Positions 56,537 to 64,000 of a stretch of DNA of 64,000 nt are shown here, one piece after another. Each line of letters opens with the position of its first letter. Position 1 is the first letter of the stretch. The notes under the pieces are model-generated. The model saw only the letters and a list, made by a program, of their open reading frames with translations, searched no databases and was not told the DNA's origin. The position numbers and the translations under genes were made by a program. Origin of the DNA: an uncultured Eubacteriales bacterium (GTDB lineage: Bacteria > Bacillota > Clostridia > Oscillospirales > CAG-272); the NCBI GenBank assembly GCA_900542425.1, contig UQNQ01000002.1, positions 111,483 to 175,482 on the forward strand, given 5' to 3'.

Positions 56537-57556
56537 ATGTACGAAAAAATCCTTCTTACTGACAGCGCACAGCAAACCGCGTCTCTATTCGGAAACTTTG
56601 ACCAAAATATCACAGTTATCGAAAAAGCTTTTGACGTTTCCGTCTTCAATCGAGACACAGAAAAAGCGCAGGGAGACGCTGTTGTCATTCGCGGTGAGGA
56701 CAGCGATAAGGTTCTCGCCGCATATACCGCACTGGAGTATCTCAAAAACATGGCAGAAATGGGAAGCGAACTTTCCGAACAAAGCGTGGAATACGTCGTT
56801 TCCATGGTGAAAAGCGGCGAGCCCCTCGAGCATTTCGGCGACGACTGTATTTGTGTGACGACAAAAGGCAAGCCGATCAAAGCAAAAACAGTCGGACAGA
56901 AAAAATACATTGACGCTATCAAGAAAAATACCGTCATTCTCGGTATCGGCCCCGCCGGTACGGGCAAGACGTTTCTTGCTGTCGCAGCCGCTTCCACCGC
57001 GCTTCGCAACAAAGAAGTTTCCCGCATTATTCTGACCCGTCCCGCTGTGGAAGCAGGTGAAAAGCTTGGCTTTCTGCCCGGCGACCTGCAGACAAAGATT
57101 GATCCGTATTTGCGTCCGCTTCATGATGCCCTTTTTGAAATGCTGGGGGCAGAAACCTATCAGAAGCACATCGAGCGCGGTACCATTGAAATCGCACCTC
57201 TCGCTTATATGCGGGGACGTACACTTGATGACAGCTTTATTATTCTTGATGAGGCGCAGAATACCACGCCGGAGCAGATGAAAATGTTCTTGACAAGGCT
57301 TGGATTTAACTCCAAAGCGGTTGTAACCGGAGATATCACACAGACCGACCTGCCGACGGGAGCGCGTTCCGGACTTGTTGAAGCAATGAAAATCCTGCAC
57401 GGAATCGAAGGAATTGCCATTCATGAATTTTCTGAGCGCGATGTCGTTCGCCACAAGCTTGTCCAGCGCATCATTCTCGCCTATGAAAAATACGAACGTG
57501 AAAAACGAGCAAAAAGTGAAAAATTCCGCGTTGTCAAAAAGGAAAAAGACAAATGA
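56537..57556 (+). CDS. phoH: PhoH family ATPase
   Basis: Walker A GPAGTGKT and Walker B FIILDEAQN. Start at MYEKILL after AAGGAG. Confidence 0.9.
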   Translation: MYEKILLTDSAQQTASLFGNFDQNITVIEKAFDVSVFNRDTEKAQGDAVVIRGEDSDKVLAAYTALEYLKNMAEMGSELSEQSVEYVVSMVKSGEPLEHFGDDCICVTTKGKPIKAKTVGQKKYIDAIKKNTVILGIGPAGTGKTFLAVAAASTALRNKEVSRIILTRPAVEAGEKLGFLPGDLQTKIDPYLRPLHDALFEMLGAETYQKHIERGTIEIAPLAYMRGRTLDDSFIILDEAQNTTPEQMKMFLTRLGFNSKAVVTGDITQTDLPTGARSGLVEAMKILHGIEGIAIHEFSERDVVRHKLVQRIILAYEKYEREKRAKSEKFRVVKKEKDK

Positions 57557-58050
57557 AGCATACCGTATATTTTCAAAATCGACAGAAAACCGTTAAAATC
57601 ACACCCGCTATCCGCAGTCTCATCCGAAAGGCAGTGACGGAAACGCTTCACGAGGAAGCGTTTCCCCGTCCGGCAGAAATTTCCGTAAGCTTTGTAGACA
57701 ATAAGGAAATCCATGCGCTCAATCTTGAATATCGGGAAAAGGACAAGCCTACCGACGTGCTTTCTTTTCCCATGTGGGAGGAAGACGACAGTCAAAGCGA
57801 TGTTGCCGCAGGGGATATCGACCCGGCAAATGAAGCTGTTATGCTCGGCGATATTGTCATCTCCGCGGAAAAGGCCGTTGCCCAAGCGGCGGAGTACGGG
57901 CACTCTCCCGAACGGGAATTCGCCTTTCTTGCCGTACATTCCACACTTCACCTGCTTGGTTACGACCATGAAACCTCCGCAGAAGAAGAAGCGTATATGA
58001 TTCAAAAGCAGGAAGATGTTTTGACGGCAATCGGGGTTCCGCGTATATAA
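57553..58050 (+). CDS. ybeY: rRNA maturation endoribonuclease YbeY
   Basis: Zinc motif HSTLHLLGYDH. ATGA overlap with the phoH stop. Confidence 0.95.
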   Translation: MKHTVYFQNRQKTVKITPAIRSLIRKAVTETLHEEAFPRPAEISVSFVDNKEIHALNLEYREKDKPTDVLSFPMWEEDDSQSDVAAGDIDPANEAVMLGDIVISAEKAVAQAAEYGHSPEREFAFLAVHSTLHLLGYDHETSAEEEAYMIQKQEDVLTAIGVPRI

Positions 58051-58318
58051 ACGCCACAAAAAAATGTCAGTTCAAAATACACTGAAAACTACATAAAAAA
58101 TATGAAGATTCCAAAAAAATTTTCTCTTTCTCAGAACGCTGTTTGAAAGATAGCCCTTTGTCCTACCCCTCATCATCCGTGTCGTCTCTGAAAAAAGGAG
58201 ATGTTGATTAGACCGAATATCGGCTCTTACCGATGCAAAAAGCAATGAAAATTGCGGTCTGGCATCTTATTTCCACAAAAACAAGCTTGCCGCTCAGTCG
58301 GCGGAAAGGACTATTACG

Positions 58319-59206
58319 ATGAAAAAAAATCTATTCGCCGCCCTTATTGGCAGACCGAATGTCGGAAAATCGACACTTCTCAACAGCATGTTAGGCGAAC
58401 ATGTATCGATTGTATCTCCAAAACCCCAGACAACAAGAACAAAAATTACCGGTATTTTAACCAAAGGAGAGACACAATATGTCTTTCTCGACACCCCCGG
58501 CGTTCACAAACCGAAGGACAAGCTCGGTTCCTATATGATGAAGGTCGCAGACGGAGCGGCGGCAGACGTAGACGTCATTCTGCTTCTTGTCGAAGCCGGA
58601 GACCGTGTCGGTCCTGTGGAAACAGAACTGCTTCGCCGCTTTGAGGGATCAAGGATTCCGACGATACTCATTATCAACAAAATCGATCTTTGCGATGCAA
58701 AGACAATCGGCGACACCATCGCGCGATTCTCCGAACGCCACACTTTTGACGCCGTGATTCCGATCTCCGCCAAAAACGGAAAAAATGTCGATATTATTTT
58801 CGAAGAACTCGAAAAATTCGCCGTCGAAGGACCGTGGTTTTTCCCCGACGACATTCTGACCGATCAGCCGGAGCGTGTCATCGCCTCTGAAATCATCAGG
58901 GAAAAGCTTCTTCTCGCCTTAGGAGATGAAATCCCGCATGGTATCGCCGTCGTCATTGAAAGCTTTTCCGAAAAGAAAAATCTTCTCTCTATCCGCGCGG
59001 AAATCTTTTGCGAAAAAGCTTCCCACAAGCCCATTATCATCGGAAAAAACGGAGAAATGCTGAAAAAAATAGGCTCGCGCGCACGAGAAGACATGGAACG
59101 ATTTTTCGGAATTCAGGTTTTTCTTGATTTATGGGTAAAGGTCAAAGAAAATTGGCGCGACAGCACCGCTGTGATCGCCAATTTCGGATTTAAGGACGAA
59201 TCATGA
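58319..59206 (+). CDS. era: GTPase Era
   Basis: G1 motif GRPNVGKSTL, G3 DTPG, G4 NKID and a C-terminal KH domain. Confidence 0.95.
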   Translation: MKKNLFAALIGRPNVGKSTLLNSMLGEHVSIVSPKPQTTRTKITGILTKGETQYVFLDTPGVHKPKDKLGSYMMKVADGAAADVDVILLLVEAGDRVGPVETELLRRFEGSRIPTILIINKIDLCDAKTIGDTIARFSERHTFDAVIPISAKNGKNVDIIFEELEKFAVEGPWFFPDDILTDQPERVIASEIIREKLLLALGDEIPHGIAVVIESFSEKKNLLSIRAEIFCEKASHKPIIIGKNGEMLKKIGSRAREDMERFFGIQVFLDLWVKVKENWRDSTAVIANFGFKDES

Positions 59207-59474
59207 TTTTGCCCTGCCTCTGCCCTCGACAAGCTAAGACGTGCTTATCCCTTACGGATTTTTTCTTCTTTGCGTGACATTCGACGGCAATTTCACAGAG
59301 AGGATTGCGACAAAAGCAAGCGCTTCTCCTGAAAAACTCATGCTGCTTTGGGTTTTCACTCTATTCTTTATCCTATGCTGTAACTTTTTATTTTTTTCGA
59401 CCGTATGGAGGCCGTGATTTTCACCGACAAAGAAGCCCACCCAGAATTTCAATTTCACCAAAAGGAGATTTCTC

Positions 59475-60296
59475 ATGATAGAAACCGTGAAAGGTTTGAT
59501 TTTAAGAGAAACGCCAATCGGCGAATACGATAAAATCATGACGGTTCTGACTGCCAGTCATGGAAAAATCTCCGTATTTGCAAGAGGGGCCAAGCGTCTG
59601 AAAAGTCCGCTTTTCACCCCGACACAGCTTTTTTCCTATTCAGAAATGACACTCTATAAATCCACAAATACCTATTACATGCGGCAGGGCGCACTTGTAG
59701 AAAGCTTTTATCACATTCGGGACACTCTGGAAGGCACAGCTCTCGCCGGATATCTCGCGGACATCGCCGCAGATATCGCTTTGGAAGAACAAGAGGAAGA
59801 AACCCTTTTACGGCTCACACTGAATAGCTTTTATGCTATTGCCGAAAAAGTCAAGCCCATAGAACAAATTAAAGCGGTATTTGAATTGCGTGTAGTATCG
59901 GAAGCGGGCTTCCGTCCTAATCTTGTTGCCTGCGATGGCTGCGGACGTTCGGATATGGAAACGTATTACTTTGATGTGACAAACGGCATTTTTTACTGCG
60001 AAAACTGTTTCCGTACATCACAAACTGCATTAGAACATTCCGCCGCAAGGCAAAGTGAAGCGGATTCTATTTATCACACCGGACAGCTGATTGCGCTGCT
60101 CTCATCTTCTGTGTTTGCCGCTATGCGTTATGCTGTCTATGCAAAGCTGGAGCGAATTTTTGCCTTCGAGCTGAAAGAGGAGGCGCTGCGTGATTTTGCA
60201 TCCGTATGTGAAAAATATCTTTTGTGTCATTTGGAACACGGTTTTTCCACACTTGATTTCTACCATAGTGTTATTCCTTCCCTTTCTCCCGATTAA
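59475..60296 (+). CDS. recO: DNA repair protein RecO
   Basis: 273 aa with an OB-fold N-terminus and a Cys4 zinc motif (CDGC...CENC). The era-recO synteny is present. Confidence 0.9.
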   Translation: MIETVKGLILRETPIGEYDKIMTVLTASHGKISVFARGAKRLKSPLFTPTQLFSYSEMTLYKSTNTYYMRQGALVESFYHIRDTLEGTALAGYLADIAADIALEEQEEETLLRLTLNSFYAIAEKVKPIEQIKAVFELRVVSEAGFRPNLVACDGCGRSDMETYYFDVTNGIFYCENCFRTSQTALEHSAARQSEADSIYHTGQLIALLSSSVFAAMRYAVYAKLERIFAFELKEEALRDFASVCEKYLLCHLEHGFSTLDFYHSVIPSLSPD

Positions 60297-60701
60297 CAAA
60301 AAAGGCTTGCTCAGTTTCACTCTTCAAATCTTTTGAAAATCAGGCCGGACACCGTTTTCTCCGATAAACGCTGCTGTTTTTTGCAGATTGGTCGGGAATC
60401 CCTTCCTCAAAACGCCTTTTATTAACCGGTGTCTGACGTCTCTTATCTGATATTCACTGCCAGATACGCCTTTTTACCGTTCGCGCATGCGGAAGTTTTC
60501 TCGAATTTGAAATTTTTCTTTTTTCAATAAAGTTTCTATCTGAGATACGTCTTGATGAACAAAAATTTCGTTTGACTGAAAGGTTACTCTTGGCAAGGTT
60601 ATAGCTTTGCCGTTTCAGTTTAAATGATATACTATTGTTGTGGACCTCTTAGGTCAACTTCTTGCATAATAAAAAATTAAAAGTTAGAGAGGAAATTACA
60701 C

Positions 60702-60890
60702 ATGAAAAGATACGAATATATGACAGCAGATTTAAGTGCAGAACCCTCTTTTAATGTTCATACGAAATTAATCAGATATATTGAAAAATTGAATGAATAC
60801 GGCAAACAGGGATGGAGATTAATCTCCGGAACAGATGATTGGAAATATTCAATTTTTGAGAGAGAAATTGAGGATCATGAAGAAAAATAG
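60702..60890 (+). CDS. small DUF4177-like protein
   Basis: 62 aa. MKRYEYMT...LNEYGKQGWRLIS resembles DUF4177 (from memory). A GAGAGGAAA RBS precedes the start, and the local context is AT-rich. Confidence 0.55.
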   Translation: MKRYEYMTADLSAEPSFNVHTKLIRYIEKLNEYGKQGWRLISGTDDWKYSIFEREIEDHEEK

Positions 60891-60925
60891 GTTATCCCCG
60901 CTGACACTTATCCCGCACCGAGACG

Positions 60926-60969
60926 AAATAAAACCGAGAGAGCAAACACAAAAGCTCTCTCGGTTTTTT
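60926..60969. terminator. bidirectional terminator between the DUF4177-like gene and mgtE
   Basis: 13-bp stem aaaccgagagagc / gctctctcggttt flanked by an A-run and a T-run. Confidence 0.8.
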
Positions 60970-61008
60970 ATACAGTAATTAAGCATGCTTTTTATCTTAT
61001 TTCCCAAA

Positions 61009-62391
61009 TTATCCACCCATCAACGCAGGGATGAAATGCGACGCAAGCGCAAAATATACAATCAGCGCAAGCGCATCCACAACCGTCGTGATAAGGGGAT
61101 TTGCAATCACAGCGGGATCCAAGTGGCAGACTTTCGCAAGCAAAGGCAAAAGACATCCGACAAGCTTTGCAATCACAACGACAAAAAGAAGCGTTGCCGA
61201 AACGACAAGAGAAATAACAAGCCCATCTGGCTCTGCATGAAGTCCGTCAATATACATCACCTTAAGAAAAACGGCAGGCACCAAAGTCAATCCGCACAGA
61301 AGCGATACGCGAAGTTCCTTCCAAACGACGCGAAAGATATCACGGATTCCGATCTCCCCAAGGGAAAGCCCGCGGATAATGATAGCAGTGACTTGTCCAC
61401 CCGCATTGCCTCCCGTATCCATGATCATCGGGATAAATGCCGTTAAAACGGTACATGCGGCAAGTGCCGCCTCATAGGAGGAAATAATTTTAGAGGTAAA
61501 GGTTGCGGATATCATCAAAAGCAAGAGCCACGGAATACGGGATGCCCATGAACGGAAAATTCCGGTTTTCAAATAAGGTTTTTCCGAAGGCAAAATCGCC
61601 GCCATCTGCTCGATATCCTCTGTCGCCTCCGATTCAATAATATCCATTGCGTCATCCACCGTGACGATGCCGACAAGCCGATTTTCCGCATCCAGAACAG
61701 GAATCGCGAGAAACCCATATTTCTTTATTTGTGTTGCTGCGAATTCTTTATCGTCAGTGGTTTTCACGGCAATGAAATCCGTCTGCATGATCGTCTCAAG
61801 CTTTGTTTCTCTATTCGAAAGAAGCAACGTTTTGGCAGATACAATTCCCACAAGCGTCCGGTTCTCCGTCACATAGCAGGTATAGATGGTTTCCTTATCG
61901 ATTCCTTCCAAACGAATCTTGTCAAAGGCTTCCCCGACCGTCATATCCCTGCGCAGGCTGACGTATTCCGGTGTCATAATGCTGCCGGCGCTGTCTTCCG
62001 GATAAAGTAAAATTTCATTGATAAGCCGTCTAGTTTCCGGATCCGCGCTTTTTAAAATTCTGGCAACGACATTGGCAGGCATTTCCTCTACAATGTCAAC
62101 GGCATCATCAAGGGCAAGTTCATCAACAATTTCTTTTAATTCCTTGTCGTTGAAGCTGGCAAGAAGCATTTCCTGCTTTTCACTTTCCATTGCGACAAAA
62201 ACCTCCGCTGCCTGTTCTTTTGACAGCAGACGAAAGCTGATTGTGATTTCCTTTTCAGAAAAACCGTCTAGCGCTTCTGCGATATCGACAGGATTTTCAT
62301 GTGTGAAAAGCTCCTTTAAGGATTTAAATTCCTTCTCCCGGAGCAAGGTCTCAATTTGTTCATGAAGCTCATATGCGGAAAACATATTCAT
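61009..62391 (-). CDS. mgtE: magnesium transporter MgtE
   Basis: 460 aa with an MgtE N-domain, a CBS pair and a C-terminal five-helix TM domain (PMIMDTGGNAGGQ). Confidence 0.95.
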   Translation of the reverse strand: MNMFSAYELHEQIETLLREKEFKSLKELFTHENPVDIAEALDGFSEKEITISFRLLSKEQAAEVFVAMESEKQEMLLASFNDKELKEIVDELALDDAVDIVEEMPANVVARILKSADPETRRLINEILLYPEDSAGSIMTPEYVSLRRDMTVGEAFDKIRLEGIDKETIYTCYVTENRTLVGIVSAKTLLLSNRETKLETIMQTDFIAVKTTDDKEFAATQIKKYGFLAIPVLDAENRLVGIVTVDDAMDIIESEATEDIEQMAAILPSEKPYLKTGIFRSWASRIPWLLLLMISATFTSKIISSYEAALAACTVLTAFIPMIMDTGGNAGGQVTAIIIRGLSLGEIGIRDIFRVVWKELRVSLLCGLTLVPAVFLKVMYIDGLHAEPDGLVISLVVSATLLFVVVIAKLVGCLLPLLAKVCHLDPAVIANPLITTVVDALALIVYFALASHFIPALMGG

Positions 62392-62616
62392 CGCCCCTTC
62401 CTCTGTTTATTCTATAATATCAATATCCTTTCTTTGCCCAACCTAAAGCAAAATAACAAAGAAAATATCCGTTTATGCTCACTTGGTATATAACTTTTTC
62501 TTCTGAAAACTGCTTTCTTATATGAAGATTTTATTGAAGCATTTTCTCCGGAACAATCTTCCAAAAAATTTTTATCATTCTGCCCCAAAACCGCTTCCCG
62601 CATCCGTACCATACCG

Positions 62617-63912
62617 TTATTTTTTTCTGCCGGATATCCGTCGGTCTCTAAAATATTTTCTTGTTCTTTTTTCAATATCAATCATGGCATCCATAATAAA
62701 AATGGCAAGCGCAATCGCGCCCGTAATCAACAACGTTTCAATTAAAACCTCTGATGCGCTTTCCGTTCCATAAATGATATTATAAACTGCTCTGTAAATT
62801 CCGACTCCCGGAACAAGAGGAAGAATCCCTCCGAGCAAAAAGAGGATAACCGGCGCTTTCAATGTACGCGCACAAAAATACGCGCAAAAATCGGAAACAA
62901 GCGCCGCAAAAAAAGAAGCCCAAACCGCAGAAAGCCCCAGAGAATCAGAAAAGAGATATACCGCCCAGCTAATTAATGCAATAAGTCCGGCCGGCAACAG
63001 ATATCGCTTGGGAATTTCAAAATACAAGCCAAATCCGATAATTGCGACAGATGAGAAAACAACAGCTTTGATAAAAGCAAAAGCAGTATGCACAGAAAGA
63101 TCAAATGTAAAATTGAGTACATCCGACAACCCCACAGCGCCAGAAAGCGAAAGTCCCGCACCAACGCCAAGCGCAACGGAAGCTGCAATCATCAGCGCTT
63201 CAATTGTGCGAGATCCTGCCGAAATATAATCTCCCTGCAGAGTATCTCTGATGGCATTGGTAAGCGCAAGTCCGGGAACAAGCGGCATCATTGTGCCGAC
63301 AATCATGTATTGACTGTGAAAAGCAATCCCTGTCCATTCCCCTGCGAAATAGGAAAATGCGGTAGCTCCGATGGTAATCACGGCGGCACTGATCATGCTT
63401 ACAATAAACGTCTTTCGAATTCGAGGCGCCAGCACAAGAAGGACAAAAGAAAGCAGCAAGCCGCAAAAAACCGCGCCAAGCGCGTCAAGGAAACTGCCTC
63501 CAAAAACAATGGAAAATCCACTGGAAGCAAGTACAATCCCGATCATTGTCAAAAAATTGGAATACTGCCTTTTATTTTTAATTGCCCGAAGCCTCTCCAT
63601 CGCTTCGTCCAGCGTGATTTTCCCATCGCAGAAATTACGTGAAACACTGTTGACCTCTGTCACTCTGCCAAGATTCAGAGCTGTCCCTGAAATCCGCTGT
63701 GTAATGGACAAGGTTTCACTTGCCGGATCCGAAAGCGTTACCATCAGTCCTGTTGTGAATACAAACGATTCCGCATGCGCAAAATTTGACGTACTGAGAA
63801 TACGCTGAAGCGTATCCTCCACACGATGTGTTTCTGCTCCGGAGCGAATCATAATTTCCCCGGCCATAACTGCCATATCCAAAAGCTTTCTGTAGTATTC
63901 GGGCGATTCCAA
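62617..63912 (-). CDS. threonine/serine exporter family protein (fused ThrE plus ThrE_2 halves)
   Basis: 431 aa. The N-terminal segment MAGEIMIRSGAETHRVEDTLQRI is typical of ThrE/DUF1212 and is followed by about 10 TM helices. Confidence 0.8.
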   Translation of the reverse strand: MESPEYYRKLLDMAVMAGEIMIRSGAETHRVEDTLQRILSTSNFAHAESFVFTTGLMVTLSDPASETLSITQRISGTALNLGRVTEVNSVSRNFCDGKITLDEAMERLRAIKNKRQYSNFLTMIGIVLASSGFSIVFGGSFLDALGAVFCGLLLSFVLLVLAPRIRKTFIVSMISAAVITIGATAFSYFAGEWTGIAFHSQYMIVGTMMPLVPGLALTNAIRDTLQGDYISAGSRTIEALMIAASVALGVGAGLSLSGAVGLSDVLNFTFDLSVHTAFAFIKAVVFSSVAIIGFGLYFEIPKRYLLPAGLIALISWAVYLFSDSLGLSAVWASFFAALVSDFCAYFCARTLKAPVILFLLGGILPLVPGVGIYRAVYNIIYGTESASEVLIETLLITGAIALAIFIMDAMIDIEKRTRKYFRDRRISGRKK

Positions 63913-64000
63913 ATTATCAGCTCCGTTCCAAAAAATTTTCCTTTCCTCTTATACCACATTCCGAAGGTTTTGTCAAGGCAACGAAAGCCGTTTTTCTTTT

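Noticed and set aside
59202-59276. 24-aa ORF (MILPCLCPRQAKTCLSLTDFFFFA) overlapping the era stop with ATGA, and a 41-aa ORF overlapping the recO start, as candidates for a YqzL-like small protein.
   Set aside because: Neither resembles the YqzL-type sequence I remember, neither has an RBS, and the composition is implausible.
62392-62616. Possible M-box (ykoK) magnesium riboswitch in the mgtE leader.
   Set aside because: I reverse-complemented the 225-nt leader and compared it with the B. subtilis mgtE M-box as I remember it (GTTAGGTGAGGC..., CTAATGGGT, GCTAAAGCTCTAC). Only a weak gctttaggttgggc resemblance exists, and the other conserved blocks are absent. An Infernal search with RF00380 would settle it.

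Overview
This is a 64-kb chromosomal window that looks like a spore-forming Clostridia-class Firmicute. The evidence is sigK, spoIIR, an alpha/beta-type SASP, ylbJ, yqfC/yqfD, a DUF3794-LysM coat-like protein and Gram-positive style RBSs. G+C is roughly mid-range, with visibly AT-richer intergenic and accessory stretches.

Most genes are core housekeeping:
- argF(3' end)-carA-carB
- lepA-hemW
- an M3 oligoendopeptidase, a DagK-type lipid kinase, Ppx/GppA, rpmB, trmB, pncB
- mutS2, phoH-ybeY-era-recO, mgtE and a ThrE-family exporter

Sugar modules are uxuA plus a TIM-barrel isomerase and a Gfo/Idh/MocA oxidoreductase, a GH78-like rhamnosidase, and rhaB-rhaA with unusual downstream partners.

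I recognised no rRNA, tRNA, CRISPR array, transposase, integrase or phage gene. No transcription factor other than sigK is present. I do not see a clear-cut new defence-type or mobile system.

The features most worth follow-up are:
1. An in-frame CarB-DapF fusion.
2. A non-canonical rhamnose gene string that contains a tandem class II aldolase with a degenerate second domain.
3. A translationally coupled ABC/ABC-2/GldG-like/DUF4340 module.
4. A low-GC type-A chloramphenicol acetyltransferase sitting at the 3' end of a housekeeping-looking gene string, with no mobility genes nearby.
5. An AT-rich envelope-protein island at about 28-35.5 kb with large unexplained non-coding gaps.
6. A convergent ppx/spoIIR overlap whose only plus-strand terminator lies beyond spoIIR.
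7. A short sequence motif present twice, upstream of yqfC and downstream of recO.

All calls rest on reading the supplied translations and the DNA by eye. No database search was run.
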